Counted from the stretch's first letter, positions 1 to 8,893 are shown. The stretch: DNA of 19,091 bases from Candidatus Phoenicimicrobium oleiphilum (GCA_039638295.1 JBDIWJ010000037.1:1-19091); one strand, 5' to 3'. A program made the numbers and translations. The notes: generated by a model from the sequence alone, not told the origin.

Positions 1-91
1 CCTTCTTATTATCTCCAATTGATTAAGAAGATTCCCTTTGAGCTAACCCAAGCAAGTGATAAAAAGGTGGTAGACTTTTATTTGTCATATA

Positions 92-175
92 ACCGTTACA
101 CAGTTAGTTTGTTTGACATTAATTTTCTTAACCAGCTAACTAGGTAACTAACTAACCAATTAACTATCTAATAAA
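92..175. repeat. Octamer-periodic TAAC-rich repeat with an upstream complementary GTTAG-type arm (hairpin-forming intergenic repeat)
   Basis: 128-175 reads ttaaccag ctaactag gtaactaa ctaaccaa ttaactat ctaataaa (period 8). agttagtttgtt at 102-113 is partly complementary. 128-155 matches 8522-8549 at 25/28 positions. Confidence 0.75.
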
Positions 176-191
176 TCACCAAGCAGTTTTT

Positions 192-1145
192 TCAAAAAAT
201 ACTAGCTATTCCTATAAAAGCCAGAATTACCCCTATAGCCCAAAATCTAATAATAATCTTCGGTTCTTTCCATCCACAAATTTCAAAATGATGATGAATT
301 GGGCTCATTTTAAATAATAATTTTTTCCTCAGTTTTACAGAAATTACTTGAAAAATCACTGATAGAGTCTCAATAACAAATACTCCGCCAATTATTAATA
401 AAAATAATTCTGTTTTAGTAAATATAGCTATTGAAGCAAGTGCCCCACCTAAGGCAAAAGAACCCACATCTCCCAAAAATACCTGGGCCGGGAAAAAATT
501 ATAGATTAAAAAACCAAGAGATGAAAAAGCAACTATCAAAGCAAAAAGGCTCATAGACCAAATATTCTGGATATAGGCAATTAGAGCAAAAATAATCATA
601 GCAATAAATATTAATCCCGTAGCCAATCCATCTAAACCATCAGTCAGATTCACTGCATTAACTGTACTAATCATTACTAAAATAGCAAAAGGAGTAAAGG
701 CTCTACTCAAATCTATACTGCTTTTTAAAAAAGGAAGATAAATTTCTGTGTCCAGGTTGGTAACTTTTTGAACGTAATATACCACTATAAGAGCAAAGGC
801 AATTTGGAGAAATAACTTTTGCCAGGTATAAAGGCCTAAGGACCTTTTCTTAAAAAGTTTTATTAAATCATCTACTAAGCCAACAGCCCCAAAACCAATA
901 GTGATAATTAATGACCACAAAATATAATTATTGTGGGGAACAAAAAATATAATAACTAATATTAAAGTAAGGATAATGACAATTCCTCCCATTGTCGGTG
1001 TGCCCATCTTATGTTGATGAAGATCTGGCCCTTCCTGACGAATCCTCTGTCCAATATTATGTTTCTTTAAATAATTGATAAAAAGTGGTGAAATAATAAG
1101 AGGTATTAAAAAAGAAACTAAAACTATTAATATCCAGTTAGTCAT
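192..1145 (-). CDS. mraY: Phospho-N-acetylmuramoyl-pentapeptide transferase
   Basis: Polytopic membrane protein with the MraY motifs KMGTPTMGG, DD, NAVNLTDGLDGL, FLGDVGS and PIHHHFE. Follows murF with an 8-bp overlap. Confidence 0.98.
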   Translation of the reverse strand: MTNWILIVLVSFLIPLIISPLFINYLKKHNIGQRIRQEGPDLHQHKMGTPTMGGIVIILTLILVIIFFVPHNNYILWSLIITIGFGAVGLVDDLIKLFKKRSLGLYTWQKLFLQIAFALIVVYYVQKVTNLDTEIYLPFLKSSIDLSRAFTPFAILVMISTVNAVNLTDGLDGLATGLIFIAMIIFALIAYIQNIWSMSLFALIVAFSSLGFLIYNFFPAQVFLGDVGSFALGGALASIAIFTKTELFLLIIGGVFVIETLSVIFQVISVKLRKKLLFKMSPIHHHFEICGWKEPKIIIRFWAIGVILAFIGIASIF

Positions 1146-2589
1146 TCTGTCCCCCCTGGGTTTGAGACTTTTTTTTATACTCTTCCTGCCAAAATTGCAA
1201 AATATCCTCCATTTGCATATCTCGTGAACCTTTTAGTAAAATAAAATCCCCGGGTTTAATTAAACTTAATAACTTTTTAGATAAATATTTCTTATCATTC
1301 TTTTCAAAGGAAAAGATCTGTTCTTTTGCCATCCCCTCATTTTTAGAAGATTGAGCAATTATTCTGCCTCCTTCACCAACAGTTATTAATGTATCAATAG
1401 ATAATTTTGCTATTTCTTTTCCAATTTCCTGGTGATAAATATTAGTTTTTTCACCTAATTCAAGCATATCTCCCAAAATGGCTATTTTTCTGCGGTTTTT
1501 GGCAACTTCTACTAAAGTTTCTAAGGCCCTTTTAACTGACAGGGGACTGGCATTATAAGAATCATTTAATACTTTAATATCATTATAAAAAGTATTTAAC
1601 TGCATATGCATATCTAAAGATTTAAAATTAGATAGTCCTTTTTCAATCGAATTTGTGCTAACTTTCAAGGCAAAAGCGGTTGCAGAAGCAGCAAGCGCAT
1701 TATAAATATTATGTATTCCTAATAAAGGAAAAAATATCTCTCTAGCTTCAGTATTTTTTATTTTCAGTGTAAATCTCATTCCACGGTCACTCACTGGGCT
1801 GATATTACCAGCCATAATATCACTTTTATTCTCAATACCAAAGGTGATTATCTTTTTACCTCTGACCATTTCCGCCATCTCCGGGAAGTAGGGATCATCA
1901 CCATTTAAAACTGCTATCCCATCCCGGTCTAATGATTGTAATAATTCAGTTTTGGCTTTAAAAATATTTTCTTTGGAACCTAATAAACCTATGTGGGCCT
2001 CTCCAATATTAGTTATTACTGCTAAATTAGGGGAAACAAAATCGGTGAGAGTTTTTATTTCACCCAGCCCTCTCATCCCCATCTCTACTACTAATATTTT
2101 ATGGGAACTATTAAGTTGCAACAGGGTAAGAGGGATTCCAATTTCATTATTGTAATTCCCGGATGTTTTTAAAAGAGGAAATTTCTGAAATAATATATGA
2201 GCAATTATTTCTTTTGTTGTGCTCTTTCCATTGCTCCCGGTTACGCAGATATTAAAAGTTTTAAATCTATTTTTATAATATTTTGACCAATTTTGCAAAG
2301 CCAATAGAGTATCTTTTACTTCTATTATAATTTTGTCTTTACCTATTTCCTTATTGTGTAATAAACTATCAACATTTTTACAAATTACTGCTCCCACTGC
2401 ACCTTTATCAAAAGCTTCTATTATAAAATTATGCCCATCAAAATGGGGCCCAATTAGGGCAAAAAATAAATCACCAGAGACTAAAGTCCTGCTATCTATA
2501 GAAATATTATTTATTATAGTATTTTGGTTACCCTGGATTAACCTACCCGAAATAGCTTCTATTAATTCTCTGACTTTATGCCCTTCCAA
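1138..2589 (-). CDS. murF: UDP-N-acetylmuramoyl-tripeptide--D-alanyl-D-alanine ligase
   Basis: IDSR, FDGH, P-loop VTGSNGKSTTKE, NNEIGIPLT, VEMGM, NDSYNASP, LGDMLELG and KGSR motifs. TTG start overlaps the murE stop. Confidence 0.97.
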   Translation of the reverse strand: MEGHKVRELIEAISGRLIQGNQNTIINNISIDSRTLVSGDLFFALIGPHFDGHNFIIEAFDKGAVGAVICKNVDSLLHNKEIGKDKIIIEVKDTLLALQNWSKYYKNRFKTFNICVTGSNGKSTTKEIIAHILFQKFPLLKTSGNYNNEIGIPLTLLQLNSSHKILVVEMGMRGLGEIKTLTDFVSPNLAVITNIGEAHIGLLGSKENIFKAKTELLQSLDRDGIAVLNGDDPYFPEMAEMVRGKKIITFGIENKSDIMAGNISPVSDRGMRFTLKIKNTEAREIFFPLLGIHNIYNALAASATAFALKVSTNSIEKGLSNFKSLDMHMQLNTFYNDIKVLNDSYNASPLSVKRALETLVEVAKNRRKIAILGDMLELGEKTNIYHQEIGKEIAKLSIDTLITVGEGGRIIAQSSKNEGMAKEQIFSFEKNDKKYLSKKLLSLIKPGDFILLKGSRDMQMEDILQFWQEEYKKKSQTQGGQND

Positions 2590-4069
2590 TTTTTTCTCTC
2601 TCCATTAATATTTTTTTCACTACTTCTTCATCATTATGATGAATTATTTTATTATGATAAATTTGCTCATTCTCAGGACCTTTCCCGGCTATCAAAACTA
2701 TATCACCCTGGTTGGCTTTTTCCAGGGCATATTTAATCGCTTTCACTCGGTCAACAATAATAACATAGTTTTTATCTGTCTTTTTCACTCCTTCTTCAAT
2801 CTCCTGAGCAATTTTTAAAGGATCTTCGCTTTTGGGGTTATCTGCAGTTATGATGACATAGTCACTGTATGTGCCTATGACTTCTCCAATGATGGCTCTT
2901 ACCTTGTTATATTTCTCTCCACCATGTCCAAATACTGTAATAATATGATGTTCGGCAAAAGTACGTAAATTCCGCAGTATATTCCCTAATCCGTGATAAT
3001 TGTGGGCAAAATCTACAATGATAGTATAATTTTGTCCAAAATCGAGTAATTTGTATCTACCTGGAGCTCCGTTAAATTTACTCAAAGCCTTAGAAATTTT
3101 CTCAAGAGAAATACCTTGAGTAATAGCCACTGCTATAGCAGCTAAAGCATTATATATGTTATATTTTCCGCTAAAATTTAAAAATATTTTAACTTTGCCT
3201 GAAGGGGTTTCCGCAATAAACGAAGAATTTTGTAAGTTAATTTCTATGTTTGTTGCTCTAACCTCTGCTCTTTCTTTTATACCATAGGTAATTAAATTAA
3301 CTCTATTGCAATCAATAAATTCCTGACTATGTTCTTCATCAATATTAATTACTGCAAACTTCTTTGAATCTTCTTTACTGCTGTCATTTAAATGTAAGAA
3401 TAATTTTTTCTTCGCTTCTAAATAATTAGTAAAGTTTTTATGAATTTCAAAATGTTCATTACTGATATTAGTAAAAATAGCCACATCAAAGTCGCATCCT
3501 ACTATTCGAGATAGCGCTAACGCATGAGAAGATACTTCCATTACTGCATACTCATTCTTTTGCTCAACCATTTCTTTAAGGCTTTTTTGTAGGTCAATTG
3601 ATTCCATAGTAGTCATATAAGAGGTATTAATATTATCACCAATTATGTTTTGAGCTGTACTTAACAATCCGGTTTTATACCCTGCTTCACAAAAAATAGC
3701 CCTTAACATATAAGCTATTGTAGTTTTACCGTTTGTGCCAGTAACTCCAATTAATTTTAGTTTTCGGGAAGGAAATCCATAAAACTGATTAGCCAAAAGA
3801 GATAAGGCCCGACGAGTGTCAGCTACTTTTATAATAGTAATGTCTGGCCGTGGTGGACAAACTTCTTGTTCTACCACTAAAGCAATAGCACCTTTATTAA
3901 CAGCTTCATCAATAAAGCAATGTCCATCAAAAACAAAACCTTTTATACATACAAATAAATAACCTCTCGTTACCTTTCGAGAGTTATGACTAATTCCTTT
4001 TATATCTAAATTTAAATCACCATTAATTTCTTTAATCTCTAAACTGCTGATTAATTCACTCAGCTTCAT
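2576..4069 (-). CDS. murE: MurE-family UDP-MurNAc-dipeptide--amino acid ligase with divergent specificity motifs (497 aa from the ATG at 4069)
   Basis: P-loop GVTGTNGKTT, MEVSSHAL, PGR, DFAH, DNPK and AGKG motifs, in the dcw position between ftsI and murF. The ATG at 4069 (MKLSELI) has an AGAGG RBS at 4081-4085 and is preferred over the ORF-track start at 4165, which runs through repeats. Confidence 0.93.
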   Translation of the reverse strand: MKLSELISSLEIKEINGDLNLDIKGISHNSRKVTRGYLFVCIKGFVFDGHCFIDEAVNKGAIALVVEQEVCPPRPDITIIKVADTRRALSLLANQFYGFPSRKLKLIGVTGTNGKTTIAYMLRAIFCEAGYKTGLLSTAQNIIGDNINTSYMTTMESIDLQKSLKEMVEQKNEYAVMEVSSHALALSRIVGCDFDVAIFTNISNEHFEIHKNFTNYLEAKKKLFLHLNDSSKEDSKKFAVINIDEEHSQEFIDCNRVNLITYGIKERAEVRATNIEINLQNSSFIAETPSGKVKIFLNFSGKYNIYNALAAIAVAITQGISLEKISKALSKFNGAPGRYKLLDFGQNYTIIVDFAHNYHGLGNILRNLRTFAEHHIITVFGHGGEKYNKVRAIIGEVIGTYSDYVIITADNPKSEDPLKIAQEIEEGVKKTDKNYVIIVDRVKAIKYALEKANQGDIVLIAGKGPENEQIYHNKIIHHNDEEVVKKILMEREKIGRA

Positions 4070-4397
4070 AGAATAAATTACCTCTAATTTTTTATATAGT
4101 ATATCGTATTGCGTATTGCGTTTCAATTTAAAACTTAAACCGAAAAGCGAAAAATCATAAATCAAAATTCAAAACCTATTAAATCTTTTAATTTACCGGT
4201 TATCCGGTTACTACTGACTTTTATCCTTTATTTTCTTAACTAGTGCTCTGATAAGTCAGGTAACTAACTAATCAACTAATGATGTAATGTATAACATATA
4301 ATAAGTAGTGGGTAATAGGTACCTGTTTTTATAATTTCAGAAATCTAATCTTATTACTCATTACATATTACTTGTTACTTTATTTTACACGAGATAC
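4070..4397. repeat. Long ftsI-murE spacer made of short periodic repeats
   Basis: CGTATTG at 4105 and 4112 (partial at 4119). RTAR at 4284, 4291, 4298, 4305 and 4312 faces TTAC at 4354, 4361, 4368 and 4375 (period 7, inverted arms). aggtaactaactaa at 4258-4271 is identical to 142-155. Confidence 0.7.
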
Positions 4398-6083
4398 TCA
4401 CTGATTGGGAGGAATTGATAAATAAGGAAGAACCTTGGATGCAATTTCTTGAAAAACTGGAGCTGCGACTATTCCCCCGTAATAGCTACCTTGAGGCTCA
4501 TCTAATAAAACCAGAATAGCTATTTGTGGATTCTCAACAGGAGCATAACCTACAAATAGAGCACTATATTTGTTTTTAGAATATTTTCCGGTGGAAAAAT
4601 CAAATTTTTGGGCAGTTCCAGTTTTGCCCGCTACTCTATACCCGGTAATTTTAGCACCTTTACCAGTTCCATCAATTACAACTTGTTCTAATATTTTAGT
4701 CATAGTTAAGGCTGTTTCAGCAGATACCACCTGCCTTATGGGTTTTGGCTTAAATACTTTAACTCTATTTTGTTTAGAATCTACAATTTCTTTGACTATC
4801 ATTGGTTTCATTAGTGTCCCTCTATTGGCAATAGCAGAAATAGCCATTATTAATTGAATCGGTGTTACAGCAATTTCCTGGCCTATAGATAAAGATGCTA
4901 ATGAAATTTTTGACCAATCTTTTGTACTTCTCACCAGGCCACCTACTTCCCCTGGTAAGTTTATCTCGGTAAGTGACCCGAAACCAAATCTTCTTATCGA
5001 TTTCTCAAAAACTTTTTCTTCTAATCTAGTTCCAACTTGAATAACTCCGATGTTACAGGAATTCTTCACTATACCGATAAGGTCTTGTGAACCATGTTGG
5101 TGTATATCATGAAAAATATTCCCATTATATTTTATCCATCCCTTACAATAGAACTCATCATCTAATTTTACTACTCCCTCTTCTAAAGCAGTGGCTATAG
5201 TGATTACTTTAAAAGTTGAACCAGGTTCGTAGATATCAGTAATTGCCCTGTTTCTCCATATACCTTGAGAAAATCTATCAAAATAATTGGGGTCATAAGA
5301 AGGCCTTACGGCTATAGCTAATATTTCACCAGTTTTAGGCATTATTACAATTGCAACGCCAGTTTTCGCTTTATATTGGCAAAAAGCTTTATCCAGGGCT
5401 TCTTCAGTAATATATTGTATTACCTCATCAATTGTTAAAACAATCGAATTACCATCTTGATAATTTGTAAGCCTCTTAATACTAAGAGGAATTTTACCTC
5501 CAGAGGCATCTTTCTCTAAAATTGCTAAACCGGGTAAACCCTTTAATTCCTTATCAAAAAATAATTCCAATCCCTCCAATCCCTGGTTATCAATTCCTAC
5601 AAAACCTAATAGATTAGAAGCCAGGTTTTTTTTAGGATAATACCTTTTATTTTCGTCCAGAAAATCCAGGCCCGGCAAATTTAATTTTTTTACTTCTTCG
5701 ACTTCTATATCATTTAATTTCCTTTTTATCCAGGTAAAAGAATTTTTTTGGTTTAATTTATTAAATACTTCTCGTGTTTCCAAACTTAAAACAGAAGAAA
5801 GTAGTTGGGCAGTTTTATGAGGTTCTTGTATCTGATGGGGAATAGCAAATAAAGATTTGGTATTAACGTTTACCGCTAATTTTTTTAAATTTCTATCGTA
5901 GATATTACCTCGCTCTCCTTCAATAGAAAACGAAGTTAGATGTTCTTGCTGAGCAAGTTCTTTATATTTATTACTTTGAATAATCTGGATGTTGTATAAT
6001 CTATAAATTAATAAAAAATAAAAAATAATAGACAATATAAATAATAAAGTAATCCGTTCTTTCTTTTCTTTGACCAGCAACAA
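4398..6083 (-). CDS. ftsI: Class B penicillin-binding protein (FtsI/SpoVD-like transpeptidase), no PASTA domain
   Basis: N-terminal TM helix, RGxIYDRN and RYYP pedestal motifs, and catalytic motifs SxxK (EPGSTFK), SxN (SCN) and KTG (KTGTAQK). TTG start with an AGGTGG RBS; dcw position. Confidence 0.93.
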   Translation of the reverse strand: MLLVKEKKERITLLFILSIIFYFLLIYRLYNIQIIQSNKYKELAQQEHLTSFSIEGERGNIYDRNLKKLAVNVNTKSLFAIPHQIQEPHKTAQLLSSVLSLETREVFNKLNQKNSFTWIKRKLNDIEVEEVKKLNLPGLDFLDENKRYYPKKNLASNLLGFVGIDNQGLEGLELFFDKELKGLPGLAILEKDASGGKIPLSIKRLTNYQDGNSIVLTIDEVIQYITEEALDKAFCQYKAKTGVAIVIMPKTGEILAIAVRPSYDPNYFDRFSQGIWRNRAITDIYEPGSTFKVITIATALEEGVVKLDDEFYCKGWIKYNGNIFHDIHQHGSQDLIGIVKNSCNIGVIQVGTRLEEKVFEKSIRRFGFGSLTEINLPGEVGGLVRSTKDWSKISLASLSIGQEIAVTPIQLIMAISAIANRGTLMKPMIVKEIVDSKQNRVKVFKPKPIRQVVSAETALTMTKILEQVVIDGTGKGAKITGYRVAGKTGTAQKFDFSTGKYSKNKYSALFVGYAPVENPQIAILVLLDEPQGSYYGGIVAAPVFQEIASKVLPYLSIPPNQ

Positions 6084-6119
6084 CTATTCCCACCTTTTGT
6101 TCTCATTGCTACAAGTATA

Positions 6120-6572
6120 TTATTTTAGCACAGATAAAATCAATTCGTTTACTTTTTTTAAGTCAAAACTAGCCCAAAAATATTTTTCTCCTTCATAATT
6201 GTTGCTAATTACCTCTATATTTCCCCCTGGATTAATTTTTGAAGCAGGAAGTGAAGCAATGAAATTAACTTCTTTGGGTCTTATCATTCCTAAGTGGTTA
6301 CAGGCAATTTCTTCAACTCTATCCAGGGAAGAAAGAGTCTCTACCATAAGCTCAAGTTTTTTGTTCTCTTCTACTAATTTTATTTTGTAATTTTCTAATT
6401 CTATTAATTTATACCCTAATTCCGTTAGAGCGATGGTGTTAGAAATATAAAAAACAGTTATAGAGGTGATAAAAAACATTAATAGTAAAAATAATCCACA
6501 ACTAAAAAATATATTTTTATCATTACAATAATTATTATTATATTTTACTTCTTTTCTTCTTTTTCTTGCCAT
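6120..6572 (-). CDS. ftsL: Cell division protein FtsL-like (bitopic, coiled coil)
   Basis: Basic N-terminus, one TM helix, coiled coil ending LSSLDRVEEIAxxxLGM. Lies between rsmH and ftsI. Confidence 0.8.
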   Translation of the reverse strand: MARKRRKEVKYNNNYCNDKNIFFSCGLFLLLMFFITSITVFYISNTIALTELGYKLIELENYKIKLVEENKKLELMVETLSSLDRVEEIACNHLGMIRPKEVNFIASLPASKINPGGNIEVISNNYEGEKYFWASFDLKKVNELILSVLK

Positions 6573-6692
6573 CTTCTCGTCCCTTTATTATATTTAGGGT
6601 TTTTGCTATACAATCTTGCAAAAATCCATTCCTTTTTTAAACTTGTACCCGGGAAACATGTGCTCGTGAAAACGAGTAACGGGCAAAAGAAT

Positions 6693-7640
6693 TTACCTTT
6701 TAGCATTGGAATTTTTCAAAATTTCGACTTTTTCTGCCACTCTCAATTTAGCGCTTCTGGCTCCAGGATTTCTTTTTATCTCCTCTTGAGAGGCTCTAAT
6801 CGGCTTTTTGGTTATAATTTTTAATCCATAATTCTGTTGTGCTATTTTTTCTTTTTCCGCTTTTTTAAAGACATTTTTGACAATCCTATCTTCTAATGAA
6901 TGATAGGAAATTACGCAAATTCTGCCTTTGTCTTCTAAAACCTTAATCGCTTGATTTAAACTTTTTTCCAAAACATCAAGTTCTTGATTTACCTCTATTC
7001 TTATTGCCTGAAAAACTCTGGTAGCTGGATGGATTCTCCATCTTCCTCTCTTTTTAGCTTTTGGAAGAGCTCTTATAACCAGATCAGCTAATTGTTTGGT
7101 AGTATTTATAGGATTCCTCTGTCGCTCTAAAACAATCAGTCGGGCAATTCTTTTTGAAAAGCGTTCTTCTCCATATTTTTCAAATATTCTGATTAGTTCT
7201 TCCTCTGTATAATTATTAATCAATGTACTTGCATTAAACTTTTGGGTTAGGTCCATCCGCATATCTAAATGACCATCTTCTCTAAAGCTAAATCCTCTTT
7301 CCCTCTCTCTTAGTTGGTGAGAGGACACTCCTAAATCAAATAGTATTCCCGATACTGCGTTCACCTTTAGGTCGGATATAATTTCTTCTAAATTTTTAAA
7401 ATTTTCTTTAACCAATATAGCTCTATCAAGATAATTGTTTAACTCTTTTCTTGCTGTTTTAATTGCCTCTATATCCTGATCTATACCAATCAATAAGCCA
7501 TCAGGATATATTCTTTTTAAAATAGCTTTTGAGTGCCCCCCACCTCCTAAGGTACAATCAATATATACACCACCTCCCTTTTTGGAAATTAAGTAGTGTA
7601 AAACCTCTTTTAAGAGTACGGGTATATGAAAAGAATTCAT
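6693..7640 (-). CDS. rsmH: 16S rRNA m4C1402 methyltransferase RsmH (MraW)
   Basis: HIPVLL, DCTLGGGGHS, DLGVSS, LDMRMD, HPATRVFQAIRIEVNQEL, ISYHSLEDRIVK and ARSAKLR motifs. Confidence 0.98.
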   Translation of the reverse strand: MNSFHIPVLLKEVLHYLISKKGGGVYIDCTLGGGGHSKAILKRIYPDGLLIGIDQDIEAIKTARKELNNYLDRAILVKENFKNLEEIISDLKVNAVSGILFDLGVSSHQLRERERGFSFREDGHLDMRMDLTQKFNASTLINNYTEEELIRIFEKYGEERFSKRIARLIVLERQRNPINTTKQLADLVIRALPKAKKRGRWRIHPATRVFQAIRIEVNQELDVLEKSLNQAIKVLEDKGRICVISYHSLEDRIVKNVFKKAEKEKIAQQNYGLKIITKKPIRASQEEIKRNPGARSAKLRVAEKVEILKNSNAKR

Positions 7641-7646
7641 TATAAA

Positions 7647-8078
7647 TTAACCTTCTTGCTCATATAGCCTTTCAGCAATATCTTCATATGAGCCTTCAAT
7701 TTCTTTAAAGTATCCTTGCCAGACATCCTTACTCCAGATCTCCAATCTATCTAAAACCCCGATAACCATAACTTCTCGTTTGATTTGCGCATAATCTCTT
7801 AAGTATTTCATAATGACAACTCTACCTTGACTATCTAATGAACAAGTGGTTGCTCGAGAAAAAAGTATTCTTTTAAATGCTCGGGCATCTCTTTGACCTA
7901 AGGGAAGTAATTTTAATTTTTCGGATAGACTTTTCCATTCTTCAAGGGGATATACAAAAAGGCATACATCAAGACCAAAAGTGATTATAAAATTATCCCC
8001 CAAAGATTCTCGATATCTTGCCGGCACAATTAATCTTCCCTTTTCATCAACTGTATGTTCATATTGCCCTAAAAACAT
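7647..8078 (-). CDS. mraZ: Division/cell wall cluster transcriptional repressor MraZ
   Basis: 143 aa with MFLGQY, two DxxGR motifs (DEKGR, DSQGR) and EIW. First gene of the dcw cluster; AAAGGGGG RBS upstream. Confidence 0.98.
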   Translation of the reverse strand: MFLGQYEHTVDEKGRLIVPARYRESLGDNFIITFGLDVCLFVYPLEEWKSLSEKLKLLPLGQRDARAFKRILFSRATTCSLDSQGRVVIMKYLRDYAQIKREVMVIGVLDRLEIWSKDVWQGYFKEIEGSYEDIAERLYEQEG

Positions 8079-8099
8079 AAATCCCCCTTTTAATTAATA

Positions 8100-8125
8100 C
8101 TCCACTTTGCTCCACTTTGCTCCAC
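8100..8125 (-). promoter_or_regulatory. MraZ-binding repeats: three GTGGAG hexamers at 10-bp period
   Basis: ctccac at 8100, 8110 and 8120 reads GTGGAG on the minus strand directly upstream of mraZ, matching known GTGG(A/T)G MraZ operators. A TATACT -10-like hexamer lies at 8139-8144 (minus). Confidence 0.9.
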
Positions 8126-8350
8126 TTCGTTTATATTCAGTATACTACATTTTTTTTAAAAATCCTCTTTTTTTAAAAAAATATTTTTATTTTTTTTAAA
8201 AAAAATTAATAAATACCACATATTTAGTGTGTCTTCAACAATATATACATAAATACATAACTCTTATTTTTTAATTTTGAGGAAATTAGAATAGAAATTT
8301 TAAAATTAATTTTTTAGAGGCATATTGTTGGAGAAGAAGCTGGGAAAGAT

Positions 8351-8405
8351 AAAAGAAGAAGAGACATATATTAGAATCTTCCAATTATATGTCTCTTCTT
8401 CTTTT
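8351..8405 (-). terminator. Long inverted repeat downstream of rnpB, likely an intrinsic (possibly bidirectional) terminator
   Basis: Perfect 20-bp inverted repeat aaaagaagaagagacatata (8351-8370) / tatatgtctcttcttctttt (8386-8405), just 3' of rnpB. Confidence 0.8.
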
Positions 8406-8420
8406 CTTTATTATTCTATT

Positions 8421-8880
8421 CTTATAAGTAGACCATAAGCCGAGTTCTGTTCCCTTATAAGTTAGTTGTTAGTGAATAGTCGTTAGTCGTTAGTGTAAAA
8501 TACAAGTTGCAAGATGCGAATTTAACCATCTAACCAAGTAACTAACTAATAAGGGTGGTAATCATCTATCTGGGATGTAAGTTACCTTACACCTCTTGCG
8601 ACCTACCCGAAGATTCAGCGGGCCACCACAACTCTTCCTATTTGGTCTTGCTCCAAGTGGGGTTTACTAAGCTTGTTAGTCACCTAACAACTGGTAGGCT
8701 CTTACCCTGCCTTTTCACCTTTACCCAGCGCACAAATTTGATTGCCGGGCTGTGTATTTTCTGTAGCACTTTCCTTGAGGTCACCCTCACTGGGGGTTAC
8801 CCAGCACTTTGCCCTGCGGAGCTCGGACTTTCCTCGAAAGAAATTATTCTTCTTCCGCGATTACCTGGTCTACTTATAAG
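8421..8880 (-). ncRNA. rnpB: RNase P RNA (bacterial type A) with expanded P19
   Basis: The minus strand has GAGGAAAGTCCGAGCTC near the 5' end and ACAGAACTCGGCTTA near the 3' end. P1 is a 15-bp inverted repeat (8421-8435 / 8866-8880), P2 is ggtaatc/gattacc, and P9, P14 and P18 are GNRA-capped. Mature ends are uncertain by a few nt. Confidence 0.97.
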
Positions 8881-8893
8881 CTATCCATTTTTA

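Noticed and set aside
23..88. Possible 5' end of murD at the left edge
   Set aside because: The ATG at 88 (minus) hits a stop after 21 codons. Only an RBS-like AAGAAGG at the edge suggests the next gene starts outside the window.
4070..4165. 32-aa N-terminal extension of MurE in the ORF track
   Set aside because: It translates intergenic repeats. The ATG at 4069 has an RBS and gives a typical MurE N-terminus.
1952..6824. Short plus-strand ORFs (1952, 2333, 2636, 4570, 6199, 6603)
   Set aside because: Antisense shadows of conserved dcw genes with no recognisable motifs.
8100..8125. CRISPR-like direct repeats
   Set aside because: The 10-bp period without unique spacers is explained by MraZ operators. 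No CRISPR array or cas gene is in the window.
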